Below are positions 10,201 through 19,370 of a DNA stretch of 24,731 nt, in pieces; the first letter of the stretch is position 1, and each line of letters begins with the position of its first letter. Origin of the DNA: a virus. Lineage: Duplodnaviria > Caudoviricetes. The position numbers were made by a program, and so were the translations under genes. The notes under the pieces were generated by a model. That model saw nothing but the letters and a program-made list of their open reading frames with translations, did not search any database and was not told the DNA's origin. The stretch spans positions 1 through 24,731 of IMG/VR virus record IMGVR_UViG_3300030329_001853; one strand, written 5' to 3'.

Positions 10201-11153
10201 AGTTGATTAGGTTCTATAACATTGACATCAACGTTCTCAACACCTAAATCAACAGCATCTCCAGGCAATCCTCTTTGACCTGGTAATACAAACTCTGTCC
10301 AACGTCTTTTAAATTCTTGATCTTGTTCAAACTCAAGTTGTCCTTTCTCTAAGATTTGAGAATCAACGTTAGTTTTTCTGATTGCTGCCTGTTCTATACC
10401 TGGAGTAGCTGAACCAAAGATTCGTCTAGCAATTAGACCAAATAAACCTTCAATAGCTTTTTCTGCATAAACTTCTTCAAGTATGTTCCTAAACTTTTTA
10501 ACAACTGGATGATCAGTCTCTTTAGTAGCAAACGGACCTAAGAAAGCAGAGGTCCAAGGTGCTCTTTTAACTACTTCTCCAGAGACACTATCTCCATCGG
10601 TTCTATCAGTTAATGCTGCAGTGATGGCTGTAGTACCAATACCACCTGCAGCTGGGATTCCAAGTTTTGCAGCAATTGGAGCTGCGACTGTGGCCATGCT
10701 TCCATAATGAGCAAAGCCTTCGATAATTTTTCCCCACCAAGTTTTAGTTATTGGGTGTTCTACATTTTTATATGGGTTCCATTCAGGTTCGTAATCTTCA
10801 GCGCCAACATCTTCACCCCGTACCATATCTAATGTACGTTCAGGGAATGTGACTAAAGCTTCTTCTCCAGTACCAAGGCCACTTTGAAAAGCATTGTGAA
10901 TCTCTTGCCAAACTTGGTCTGAACCCCAATCTTTAGGATCGAGTTCAGCATGTTTGTCTTTAGCTTTTTGATCATCAAACTTATCTAAGAATTCTTGTCT
11001 ACTATCAATTAGTTTTTGTCTCTCAGTTTGTTGTTCTAGTAGAATACGTTCCTGTTCTATGTCACCTCTTTCTTCTCTTACCGCTTGTAAGATGTCTTCA
11101 CCAGCTTCCTTAGCTGATAAATTTGGACCCGTAGGTTCTAATTTTGGATTCAT
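7230..11153 (-). CDS. Internal virion (ejection) protein, T7 gp16-like (1307 aa)
   Basis: Size, predicted helical composition and position between the gp15-like and fibre genes. The TGNGP.D...W...GW motif is seen in cyanopodovirus gp16-like proteins. Confidence 0.8.
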   Translation of the reverse strand: MNPKLEPTGPNLSAKEAGEDILQAVREERGDIEQERILLEQQTERQKLIDSRQEFLDKFDDQKAKDKHAELDPKDWGSDQVWQEIHNAFQSGLGTGEEALVTFPERTLDMVRGEDVGAEDYEPEWNPYKNVEHPITKTWWGKIIEGFAHYGSMATVAAPIAAKLGIPAAGGIGTTAITAALTDRTDGDSVSGEVVKRAPWTSAFLGPFATKETDHPVVKKFRNILEEVYAEKAIEGLFGLIARRIFGSATPGIEQAAIRKTNVDSQILEKGQLEFEQDQEFKRRWTEFVLPGQRGLPGDAVDLGVENVDVNVIEPNQLPKGTKGGDLTTTTPTDTPDLPTTPPSVFRGHKNKPIADIQQGSPNSTGKPLDIHNDLNRIDAEWDAHDHGSTDSPMTAAQAERMATESGLTIEFLQEKAKELMGDARFQQMLHDVEKNKSTFRDTFEPAYKRYQEIMGRDIASMDTDEFWSIIENQKKFQTGDGTTTENFEAWSMEHVIVADLVNSALFKQLRDLSLGAREISDFADIFAVDGPMKTIADRLVVGLTNVKRSRYLISTEFSKLKGDAAKRAVKDFTQDIHQETQDGVKLMMQMMRDSDSIELANGILEVWSQADKIQNWMDFDNFMRKRVYGGKFKGGDKKTGQIIRELQGVMINSRLSGFRTPQRAIIGTGFNEFLTEWNTLVGATIRAPFTGDTVTLKANLAKMKGMFEVIPEAWDTFNSKLNSYFSSDITQIKSRYGVTRHADFNWDIQEAWLEKRGNDWDKYLHRIGRIGYNLNNDVVASWSPRTLKAGDDAHAVIMGRARAKEKAMIAAIEAQSRGDIPEVNEQVLKQAEDLFFNQLLDEHGDIDVTKDAFLEFEFREGTLTTELGENSALMERLFNQIPLLKPHFMFIRPSINGLKVNVKNMPLLNLVLDEARSVHFGKPDNFEHLAQYGITNAQELANAKSKWLGRLAMGMGITYMGVQKYLTGGLTGNGPVDPSIRKMWEDGGWERGTISLFGQRFDLDTIEPYSILMKSIADVGDNMYLMGPEWAEERFQAIALSVAAASTSKTFMQGANNLVELFKGTPGSKGRIIGGLLNDQVPMGGARNDIGKLLNPYMRELSKSTWDAIRNRNLITEHIARDPLPVSYNILNGKPRGGANPLRRMFNAAYAFRILEGNSEALWLLKNSNFDERLSTYTSPDGIKLQDENGVRSKFQKAIGDWRNSRGQSLEDALVELSKEKRIIESINEMRKDMKNGNYDIDPMKAYYHNDRIKALFKLWRKKGWASIRFDPDVQRLYWEAKNKKSIEAQKRRKTGYTDDLLLPTR

Positions 11154-11154
11154 A

Positions 11155-13224
11155 TTATTCAGGAGGTAATAATCCTGGTATTAAATAAGCTCCAGAGTCG
11201 TAACCCTGTGAATTTATTCCAGTTTGTTCGTCTGTATGTATTATTGCTTGATTAATAGAAATTGGTGTAGGACGTAAACGTAATAACCGTTGGAAATCAG
11301 GATCTGTTAAATCAACTGCAGTTTCTACTTTTGGTTTAACTAATTCCTTTCTTCCTCTAACTCTTAACTGATAATTCATTAAATCGAAAGGTTGATATTG
11401 GTCGAATTTATCAGCTAGTTGTTTCCACCAAATAGGAATTTCTCCTCCGAAATCTCTATACTTTTCAGCTTGAGCTATATAAGGTTCAATGTTTGGTAAG
11501 GCTACAGACTTATAAAGATCAGGATTTTCGCTAAGTTTAATCATAGTATTAGCTAAAGCTTCTCTATCTTTCCAAGTCTCACTTCTGTCAACTACATCAT
11601 TACGTTTAAAATATACACTTTTATTCGGACTATCAAGCTCACCTTTGTCTTCAACACGTGCAATAGCATCCTTGTGAGCCTGACTAGGTGTCAGTCCGTC
11701 CTTTATATTATCGTCTCTGATTTTAATATAATCAGCTAAAGCATTCTGATAAAATCTGTAATACTCTAATCCGTTTCTATCCACAGCTTTTAACTGTGTT
11801 ACATCATTTGTTAAACCTTTAATCGTTTCTTGAGCATCTGTCAGGTATTTATCTGCTTCCTTAGCTAAAGGCGCATCTTGTTGGACAATGCCACTGAATT
11901 CTGCAAATATATCTGATGAATAAGGAGTTAAGTCTGTTGCAACTAAATAACCACGATCTTTTCTAAGTTCCTTTAATTCTTTACGTGCTTGGAGATTATC
12001 CATATCCTGCTTTGTCCTGAAGTTTTTGAGGAACTCAGCTTCTTTACCAGTCACACTTTTATAGATAGCTGCTGTTTCTGCTAAGTGAGTTTCAGTAACA
12101 GGTTGGTTTTGTTGTATCTGTTTCTGTACAAATTGATTCCATTCAAATTCAATTCTCTTACCTTCTGATTCTTGGTTAGCTAAATCATCATCTAGATTTT
12201 TACGTTCTTGATTAGCACGTTTCTCTTCCCATAACTTAGCTCTAGTTTCATATAATTCACGGTAAGTTTTACCACCACCATGTGTTGGTTTTTGATCTAA
12301 TATTTCATCTAATTCTTCTTCACTCATTCCAGCATCAAATCGTCTATCCATATAAGCGTCAACTTCTTTCCAAGCTCCTGAAAAGCCTAATAAGTTTTCA
12401 CCTTTGTCATCATAAGTATGGGATAAATCTTCTAATAAATTATTGAGATTCTTATCAGATTCAAAGCTTGTAAAATATCCTTGCTTAAGTTCAAATGATC
12501 TTTCTTTTCTGAAAATCTTTTTAAACTTACCCAACATCTCAGCTTCACTTTTACGCATTGTTTTAAATGCTTGTTCTTCGAGAAGCATTGGGTTTAGTCC
12601 AGCAATACCAGATGTTTCTAAGTATTGAGTCCTTAAAGCTGACATAGCTGCACGTTTCTGACCTAACCCTTTAGCAGTTTTAGGTGTAAAAGAAACTCCT
12701 CCTATATCAATTTTCAAAGAATCATTATCCATCATCTGGTTTTCTAACCAAGACGAATATCTATCACCAGCTGCTTTAGCTAAGCCTTGTGCATAACCAT
12801 AAGTCTGCCAAGGATTCATATTATTTACTTCATCAATAGCTTCAAAGTCAGCTCCTTGTTTTCTAAGTTCACTAGTGAGACCACTGAAGTATTCTCGATC
12901 TTTTTCTAATTTGGTTATATCATCATTAAACTCATCGATTAGATTTTGGTTCCATCCTTGTTCGAAACCTTTATTTAGATATTCAAGTCGATCATTTTCA
13001 TTCTTTACTTTTTTATTTTCAACTACTTTATTAAGTAGTGTACTAGAGAACTCAGCTAATTTTAATATACCGTCACCAGCTTTATTAGCATTATTAAGTG
13101 CCATTTGATCACTTAATTGTTCTATTCTTCTTCTAGGTAAGTCATTCCGTTCTTGTCTTTTTCTGATTCTTTCAAATTCATCAGCATAAGAAAATTGAGG
13201 AATTGGATTAAAGGATGATGTCAT
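11155..13224 (-). CDS. Internal virion protein, T7 gp15-like (689 aa)
   Basis: Synteny, size and charged helical composition. Confidence 0.7.
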   Translation of the reverse strand: MTSSFNPIPQFSYADEFERIRKRQERNDLPRRRIEQLSDQMALNNANKAGDGILKLAEFSSTLLNKVVENKKVKNENDRLEYLNKGFEQGWNQNLIDEFNDDITKLEKDREYFSGLTSELRKQGADFEAIDEVNNMNPWQTYGYAQGLAKAAGDRYSSWLENQMMDNDSLKIDIGGVSFTPKTAKGLGQKRAAMSALRTQYLETSGIAGLNPMLLEEQAFKTMRKSEAEMLGKFKKIFRKERSFELKQGYFTSFESDKNLNNLLEDLSHTYDDKGENLLGFSGAWKEVDAYMDRRFDAGMSEEELDEILDQKPTHGGGKTYRELYETRAKLWEEKRANQERKNLDDDLANQESEGKRIEFEWNQFVQKQIQQNQPVTETHLAETAAIYKSVTGKEAEFLKNFRTKQDMDNLQARKELKELRKDRGYLVATDLTPYSSDIFAEFSGIVQQDAPLAKEADKYLTDAQETIKGLTNDVTQLKAVDRNGLEYYRFYQNALADYIKIRDDNIKDGLTPSQAHKDAIARVEDKGELDSPNKSVYFKRNDVVDRSETWKDREALANTMIKLSENPDLYKSVALPNIEPYIAQAEKYRDFGGEIPIWWKQLADKFDQYQPFDLMNYQLRVRGRKELVKPKVETAVDLTDPDFQRLLRLRPTPISINQAIIHTDEQTGINSQGYDSGAYLIPGLLPPE

Positions 13225-14036
13225 GGTCGTACTCCTGGTAGTAGTGAAGTCGCATCAAGAAAACCGCTAGTACCCGTTGGTAGGTTTGGTGTCGGGAAAC
13301 CAGGTGTTGTGTAATAAGGTTTTAACGAACCTCCAACTTGAACTGTTTGACCTGATACAAGGTTTCCTGTTTGTGCACTTGGAGCTGCCAAACTTGATCC
13401 CATTTGGTATCCAGATAAAGCACCCATACCAATGTTTGCTAGTTGAGTTAAAGCTGATTGACCTGTATCCCAGGTAACGTCATCCATAGTTGGCATATAA
13501 CCAGTATCTCCTTCGGGAAGTATTCCAATAGCTTTGTACTTATTTTTGATAGCTGTATCGGCTCTACTATAAATATCTTTAAGAGCCATTCTTTGCTTAT
13601 CAACAGCTCTACCAAGTTTTGCTGTATCTGCAGCTTCTGCACGACCTGCCGCAGCAAAAGCTAAGTTAAAGGATCGGCGATTCCCTCTTTCTAGCGAGCG
13701 TCCTAAACCTTTCCCTGTAACTGCTTTAACATAATTATCTTGTTTGTTTAGTAGAGCTTGAGCAATAATCTGTTGTATTGCCAATTGTTGCTGTCCTGCA
13801 GCTATAGATGCTGCGATAGTCGCTGCTGATTCAAACTTCTTAGCGTCAACTCCTCTAAGATATGTAACAGCTCTGTCTCTGTATGTATTACCTCTGACGG
13901 TAAGTTGTTGCCTTTTTAGTTGTTTGCCTAGTTGTCTGTTTCTAGCACTTGAAGTTTGGTTAGCTCCATAGTTACTTAAAACTTGAAGACCTGCACCAGC
14001 AACTGTAAGACCTATGGTTAATGGATCTCCGCACAT
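13221..14036 (-). CDS. Internal virion protein, T7 gp14-like (271 aa)
   Basis: The MC start followed by a hydrophobic Gly/Ala segment and an A/Q-rich helix is typical of gp14-like proteins; synteny also fits. Confidence 0.75.
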   Translation of the reverse strand: MCGDPLTIGLTVAGAGLQVLSNYGANQTSSARNRQLGKQLKRQQLTVRGNTYRDRAVTYLRGVDAKKFESAATIAASIAAGQQQLAIQQIIAQALLNKQDNYVKAVTGKGLGRSLERGNRRSFNLAFAAAGRAEAADTAKLGRAVDKQRMALKDIYSRADTAIKNKYKAIGILPEGDTGYMPTMDDVTWDTGQSALTQLANIGMGALSGYQMGSSLAAPSAQTGNLVSGQTVQVGGSLKPYYTTPGFPTPNLPTGTSGFLDATSLLPGVRP

Positions 14037-14464
14037 ATTTTACAGAATTCAATAAAGGATAAGTTGTTAGGTCCATGTTTAAATTCTCTTAGGAATCTGA
14101 ACCCTAAATGTTTAAGTAATTTGAGGTGTACTGTATTTCTTTTATCTACGATATTCCAAAGAAGTTTTTCTTTTCTACCTTCTACAAATCTTTTCGCTTC
14201 TCTAACAAAGGTGATTGGATAGTCATAAATTACAGAAGTACATAACATCCATATTGCACCTTCTTTATTCACACCTGCCATACCAGCAGTCCTGCCGTTA
14301 GGCATTGTGAAATACACATTGGAAGGCTCTTGAGCAGCGAAAAGGAGGTATTTATTAGCATCTACACCATAACCTTCTTCGATCTCTCTACGGTCAGCTG
14401 GGAGTAGATTAGAGGCTACTTCTTTAGCAGCCTCCAATGTTATTGGATGGATAAGTTTATACAC
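14018..14464 (-). CDS. T7 gp13-like internal virion protein A (DUF2833-like, GNAT-like fold)
   Basis: NL..ADRREI...IWMLCT...LWNIVDKRNTVHLKLLKHLGFRF pattern; GTG start overlapping the gp12 stop. Confidence 0.8.
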   Translation of the reverse strand: MYKLIHPITLEAAKEVASNLLPADRREIEEGYGVDANKYLLFAAQEPSNVYFTMPNGRTAGMAGVNKEGAIWMLCTSVIYDYPITFVREAKRFVEGRKEKLLWNIVDKRNTVHLKLLKHLGFRFLREFKHGPNNLSFIEFCKICAEIH

Positions 14465-17204
14465 GCTTATAGAATTTAGGTGAGTAATCTCCTTCCCATG
14501 TCAACGAATAAATAGTTGCTGGTGATGGGTGACTAGATTTAAGTAATAAAGATAGGTTTGTGTTTCTGTCATACACAGGTACAGTTTCTACTTTCTCAGG
14601 AAGAAAACTCAATGTTCCTTCTTCATATTCATCAGATGGAGTGTTCTCATATGTTTGAGTATAGTCAGGTCTACCTTTTCTTTTTAAAGTAGTTTGATAT
14701 ACACCTACTCCTCCTAAGTCTAACTTGATTCTATGTATAATTAGAGAGGCATGAACATCAGTTCTAGTGACCTTATCTTTAGTCTTAGTTACATAGAACT
14801 TAGGGAACTCAACAGACATTTCATAGTTATAGCCTAGAAATAAACTGTTACTAGACCAGTCACCAGTAAGTTCTAAGTTACTACCATTAACTGTAGGTAC
14901 CGCATAACGACCAAAGTTATCACCTGCTGTTGTGTCAAAGACTGCAAGAGATTGAGAACTATCAATTCCTGCTGGTGTAGAAAATGTTGTCTTACCTGTA
15001 GCCGCGCTATAAGTTAAAGAACCTGCACTAACAGTTACATAGTTATCTATGTGTATAGGGTAAGTCGTATCATCTTGAGTAACAAAGATAGAAGCTGCAT
15101 CAGAATCTTTAAGTTGATACTTATTCAAGTTACCATCTTCTGTAACTGCGTAATAACTATCATCTGTTATGCAGTGGTATTTTAAGTTCTTAGCTAACTT
15201 CCATTTAAACCAAGCTTGTTGTAGACGTTCCTTACCACTGTTGAAATATCGATAACCATATACAGTGTTGGTACCGCTTACAGCAAACATCACATATGAG
15301 TTCTCTCTGGAGTTTGCTAAAAGGTCGATACTGTTAGGCAATGCTCTTGATATAACTTTGCTCTGTTCTAATACCTGTGGTTCTCCTTCTCTTCTAACGT
15401 TATTTAATTCAAAGAATCTTGTGTACTTACCTGCATTATCTAAGAAAGCATAGGTAGTACCTAGAGAGATAGGCGAGGTATTGACGTTGTAGTTATAAGT
15501 GCATAACGAATTTATCTTGGCAGTATCAGGTGTTAAGAGATCACTATCGGTTGTTAGTAAGAATTGCTGATTAGCTGCAAATAAAATCAATCCTGAATTA
15601 CATACGATTCCATCTACTAAGTCAGTAGGGAAAGTAGAACTACAAGAAATATCAATTCTATCTATTGGTGATACAGCTAATGCAGTTTCATTCCAGAAAT
15701 TATGGAAATTCCCAGGTTGAGAAATGATGGCATTCTCTCCAGTTAATAAGACTAATCTATTCCTCCAAAAAAGAACTTTACTAATCTTCTTCCCTACAAA
15801 TGTAGGTTTCTTGTTTGTAGTTTCATCACCTATTAGACGATCTACCCATCCAGGTTGATCGACAGTAAATGAATTATCGGCTTGTCTAACAATCCTATGA
15901 GGCATAGTAGAAGCAGTAAAGCTCTTATCTAAACCTGGTGCTGCACATTCAATCCAAGACCCTGGACCATCAGTATCGTTATTACCTTTAAATTTCAAGT
16001 AATAATCATCTTGATCACTATTGCTATTAGCTACTTTGATTATGGCATCATGCTTACAAGCAGATGGTAGATCGGTTATATCATTTATTTCATTTGTAAC
16101 TACATTCATTAAATCAGGATCTCTGACCCCAACATTGAATGCTGAACTACGAGTTATATAAATACCATTACCAATGATTTCTGCTGTAATACCACTTATA
16201 TCGTCTAATTCTTTACGTATACTTCCTAAAATTGTAGAGGATGATACAGCAATCTCAGCATCAAAAGCGGTCGGTATAGGTCTAACAGCTCCTATATCTT
16301 GTTTAGAAGTTATTTCTTGTGTTTCTCTAATAATAACTTGATAACCTTTTGATTGAACCATTGCTTTAAAGGTATCTCCTATCTGCCAACCTTCTCCACC
16401 ATGAAGTAAATCACCTTCATATGTATAGGTGCATGTGTAGTCATCACCATGACCTACATTCTGGTTCGAACCTCTAGGAGCGGTTATACCTTTAACTGTT
16501 ATTCGAAAACATAGATTTGTTCTACCACTAGGTACACCAGAAACAGGATTACCTCCAGCTGTATCGACAGCCGTACTGAATAATTTAGTTCCTATATCAG
16601 GACAGCTTCCATCTAGATAGTTGTTATAGGAATCATTTTTTGTATGTTCATCATCCGAATGCTTTTGGATTTGAATCCTGGTAGCAGTAGTGGTGGTTGT
16701 TGTTCCTGAGTCATTCGTGTAAAGGTCTAATGCATATTGCCTAGCATTAGCACTTTGTTTTAATTCAACATATGCCCAATGTGTATCAGGTCTAGCATCA
16801 GTAGTTCCTGTCATCGTGACAGTAGTATTCCTATTATTGACATATGTATAGTCATTAATAGTTAGGAACTGTAAATCTCCATCATTAGTGTGAGCTAAGT
16901 AAGAACTAGAAGTTGTTGAATAACTACCATCTCCAGCTCTCCACATATGTACAGTTCCATTTCTATCAACCTTTCCTATGTATTGTTCTGTTCCATCTCT
17001 AAAGTAGTGGAACCAAGAACCTGCAGTAGTTGCGTTAGAACCTAATGCTGCAACTAATTTACTTCCAGGTCTTTTAATTAATCCTCTAGTTACATCTGGT
17101 ACAACATTCACAGCATCCGTAAGTTGTCCAGGGCTTTTTAATTCGTCTGGCTGTTCTGATATACCTTGGATATAATTAGGAATCGTCTGTGTAATACTTG
17201 CCAT
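14457..17204 (-). CDS. Tail tubular protein B / nozzle, T7 gp12-like (915 aa)
   Basis: N-terminal ITQTIPNYIQGISEQPD...GLIKRPG, plus WVDRLIGDETTN.PTFVG, FWRNRL, QQAWFKW and a C-terminal WEGDY. Confidence 0.95.
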   Translation of the reverse strand: MASITQTIPNYIQGISEQPDELKSPGQLTDAVNVVPDVTRGLIKRPGSKLVAALGSNATTAGSWFHYFRDGTEQYIGKVDRNGTVHMWRAGDGSYSTTSSSYLAHTNDGDLQFLTINDYTYVNNRNTTVTMTGTTDARPDTHWAYVELKQSANARQYALDLYTNDSGTTTTTTATRIQIQKHSDDEHTKNDSYNNYLDGSCPDIGTKLFSTAVDTAGGNPVSGVPSGRTNLCFRITVKGITAPRGSNQNVGHGDDYTCTYTYEGDLLHGGEGWQIGDTFKAMVQSKGYQVIIRETQEITSKQDIGAVRPIPTAFDAEIAVSSSTILGSIRKELDDISGITAEIIGNGIYITRSSAFNVGVRDPDLMNVVTNEINDITDLPSACKHDAIIKVANSNSDQDDYYLKFKGNNDTDGPGSWIECAAPGLDKSFTASTMPHRIVRQADNSFTVDQPGWVDRLIGDETTNKKPTFVGKKISKVLFWRNRLVLLTGENAIISQPGNFHNFWNETALAVSPIDRIDISCSSTFPTDLVDGIVCNSGLILFAANQQFLLTTDSDLLTPDTAKINSLCTYNYNVNTSPISLGTTYAFLDNAGKYTRFFELNNVRREGEPQVLEQSKVISRALPNSIDLLANSRENSYVMFAVSGTNTVYGYRYFNSGKERLQQAWFKWKLAKNLKYHCITDDSYYAVTEDGNLNKYQLKDSDAASIFVTQDDTTYPIHIDNYVTVSAGSLTYSAATGKTTFSTPAGIDSSQSLAVFDTTAGDNFGRYAVPTVNGSNLELTGDWSSNSLFLGYNYEMSVEFPKFYVTKTKDKVTRTDVHASLIIHRIKLDLGGVGVYQTTLKRKGRPDYTQTYENTPSDEYEEGTLSFLPEKVETVPVYDRNTNLSLLLKSSHPSPATIYSLTWEGDYSPKFYKRV

Positions 17205-17821
17205 TAGCGTCTTAATGCTTGATAAGGTTGGAATGAGTTATATACACTTTCATGTGGCCAACCAAGATAAGAGTGATCACCTTGATTACATTCGTATTCC
17301 ATACATGCAGCTCTTCCATAAGCTTCTTTGCTTTGGAGAAGTTGTACTAATTGTGGATTGGCTACAAGTTGAGTAGCAGCTCTAACGGATGCACAATAAA
17401 TAATGTATCTTTTAAATACTTGAGGAATATCTGTGAAGGCATATAGATAGGTAATATCTAAATAAACATCATCTGTAAATTCATCAGTATGATTTACCTT
17501 GTCATATAATCTACCATTTCTTTTTACTACATCTGTAAATCTATCTCGTTGCTCATCATTGATATCCATCTGTAAGATATCATCAGCTATAGTTATATGT
17601 TTATTAGTATCAGGTGTTCGCTTTACATGTTTCTCAACATTAAAAGACCAACCTTCTGATTGAATATCTATATTACATTCCTTAAGTAAATTATAAACAA
17701 AGTAAATTTCAGGGTTATCAAAGTCAAGGGTGGTGATAGGGGATTGACCAATGCTCCCCAATATGGAATTTACTGCGGATAGTTCGGTATCGAGTTCTGT
17801 TGTTGAGGGAGTGCTTGACAT
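17204..17821 (-). CDS. Tail tubular protein A / adaptor, T7 gp11-like (205 aa)
   Basis: ELSAVNSILGSIGQSP...IQSEGWSFNVE...RNGRLYD motifs; position after the capsid gene. Confidence 0.95.
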   Translation of the reverse strand: MSSTPSTTELDTELSAVNSILGSIGQSPITTLDFDNPEIYFVYNLLKECNIDIQSEGWSFNVEKHVKRTPDTNKHITIADDILQMDINDEQRDRFTDVVKRNGRLYDKVNHTDEFTDDVYLDITYLYAFTDIPQVFKRYIIYCASVRAATQLVANPQLVQLLQSKEAYGRAACMEYECNQGDHSYLGWPHESVYNSFQPYQALRR

Positions 17822-17834
17822 AAGTTATATGAAG

Positions 17835-17860
17835 AAAAAAAGGGAGCCATAAAGACTCCC
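17835..17860 (-). terminator. Intrinsic terminator after the major capsid gene (T7 T-phi position)
   Basis: Minus-strand GGGAGUC-UUUAU-GGCUCCC stem-loop followed by a run of 7 U. Confidence 0.85.
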
Positions 17861-17881
17861 ATTTGTGTGAGGAAAAAATAT

Positions 17882-19060
17882 TTACCAGCCGTTAGTGTTC
17901 TCACCAGATGTAGCAGGAGCTGCACCAGCGATAAGTTCTACACAAGCAGCAGGGTTTAGATAGTCGGCGCCCATAGCGAGTCGTCCCAGTATCACGTCTC
18001 CTTGGTAGACAACTGAAACATCACCTGATGTAACTTGTACTTGAGGTCCGATTGCTTCAACACATGCAGCGCCTTCCTTCTGGAAGATCAAACCACAGGA
18101 GTGAGCAAACTTATTAGCTGCACCGTAGTCGTTACGTGAACCATAGTTAGTTCCAGAAACAGCTGCGTCATCAGCTATAGAAGGTCCAACGAAGTCACCC
18201 ATGTTTGTAGGTGAGGTTTCGCCAGTACTTTCTGCACCAGCTGAACCGCTGAACTCAGTACCAAACTTACCGAAGAACGGAATGTTCATCGACTTGAAGA
18301 TCTTGATACCAGCGATTTCAATGATTCCTTGACCACCTTGTAGTGCAGAACCTTGAACGTCACGGTTAACTAGCCCATTAGTTCCAACGTTTTGGATAAG
18401 GGTGTAGTACTGACGTGGGTTCAATACAGCTACACGTCCATCACTGCTTACACCTTTCTCATCTAGAGCAGCTGCAGCGTCATAGAAAGCATCGATTAGC
18501 TTAGCTGAATCATAAGCGTTGTTAGCTTGGTCAGTGGTACCTACACGGATTTGAGTTCCGCCTGGTTCTGCATAGCCTGACTTAGTGATTGGGCTAGCCG
18601 CTCTAGCTCCACGTGTGATAGCACGGAAGATCTTACGGTCATATGTTTCTGCGAGGGCGTAGCCGATCTTGCGGCTAATCTCTCCCCTCAATTCATAATG
18701 AGCAAGAGTCTCATCTAGCTCATACACGAATGCTGAACTGATTAATAGATCATCAACGGTGATAGTCTTCTCTGCTACTGGTGGTGCATTCTCGTCGTTA
18801 CCTAGTATGGACTGGCCTGGAATGTGATATTCGGCTTTCGTGCGACCCGTGTAGATGAACTGCAAAGATTTGCCGTTCTTAAGGGTACGCTTCATAACTA
18901 GGTCACGAGCAATCGTATTGTGCTGGAAGCCTTTGAATAGCTCTCCAGAAAAGATCTTCAAATAAAGATCTCTGTTATTACTTGCGTTATACGAGCCAGT
19001 ATCACCAACACGACCTAAAAAGGTAGGATTGGAATTGGCTACGTTCGTTTGCTGTGCCAT
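17882..19060 (-). CDS. Major capsid protein, T7 gp10-like (392 aa)
   Basis: LYLKIFSGE, RTLKNGKSLQF, EKTITVDDLL, GYALAETYD and MGADYLNPAACVEL motifs typical of cyanopodovirus capsids. Confidence 0.97.
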   Translation of the reverse strand: MAQQTNVANSNPTFLGRVGDTGSYNASNNRDLYLKIFSGELFKGFQHNTIARDLVMKRTLKNGKSLQFIYTGRTKAEYHIPGQSILGNDENAPPVAEKTITVDDLLISSAFVYELDETLAHYELRGEISRKIGYALAETYDRKIFRAITRGARAASPITKSGYAEPGGTQIRVGTTDQANNAYDSAKLIDAFYDAAAALDEKGVSSDGRVAVLNPRQYYTLIQNVGTNGLVNRDVQGSALQGGQGIIEIAGIKIFKSMNIPFFGKFGTEFSGSAGAESTGETSPTNMGDFVGPSIADDAAVSGTNYGSRNDYGAANKFAHSCGLIFQKEGAACVEAIGPQVQVTSGDVSVVYQGDVILGRLAMGADYLNPAACVELIAGAAPATSGENTNGW

Positions 19061-19118
19061 TTGTATGGATTAATGTTTATATATACGTTCTCAGCTGAAA
19101 TTTTTTGCGCGTTTTTTT

Positions 19119-19207
19119 GTGGTCTATCCCACCGTCTAGACGGCATAAGGGTATCGGCGTACCGGCCAAATGCCAATGCAAAGGGAGTCCGACTCTGAGG
19201 TGCTCCC
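19119..19207 (-). promoter_or_regulatory. Candidate structured RNA leader upstream of the capsid gene
   Basis: GC-rich non-coding block with stems GGGAG/CUCCC, GGCAU/AUGCC enclosing CGG-UACG-CCG, the palindrome CCGUCUAGACGG and GUGG/CCAC. Confidence 0.55.
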
Positions 19208-19214
19208 ATTACTG

Positions 19215-19370
19215 TTACTCCCCTAAGAGAGCTTCTTCTAAAGATTGAGGTTCTTTATCTTCGTCTACACCTGGAGGTTGGTAGTCATGTGGAAGAGTAT
19301 CTTTTACTTCTTCATTCTCAGGACTAAGCCAAGTTACCGAAGCGGATGGTGTCTTACTTTGTTGCGCCAT
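19215..19370 (-). CDS. 51-aa acidic hypothetical protein (MAQQSKTPSASVTWLSPENEEVKDTLPHDYQPPGVDEDKEPQSLEEALLGE)
   Basis: Translated by hand; TAATG coupling to the upstream ORF. The PQSLEEAL ending resembles the small pre-capsid gene of P-SSP7-like phages. Confidence 0.75.
   Translation of the reverse strand: MAQQSKTPSASVTWLSPENEEVKDTLPHDYQPPGVDEDKEPQSLEEALLGE

Noticed and set aside
1381-15453. Plus-strand ORFs in the track (e.g. 1381, 2030, 2185, 3797, 5465, 5897, 5988, 6287, 12443, 12875, 13277, 13458, 15265) and short nested minus-strand ORFs (2325, 13448)
   Set aside because: They lie within long, well-supported minus-strand genes and have no recognisable motifs; they are best explained as shadow frames.
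17822-17900. T7 gp10B-style frameshift extension of the capsid
   Set aside because: Only 60 nt, containing a terminator, separate the capsid from tail tubular A, and no clear slippery site was seen.
19061-19110. Phage RNA polymerase or sigma70 promoter before the capsid gene
   Set aside because: A TATATA-like AT-rich stretch is present, but there is no convincing -35 element and no repeated phage-promoter consensus elsewhere that I could identify.
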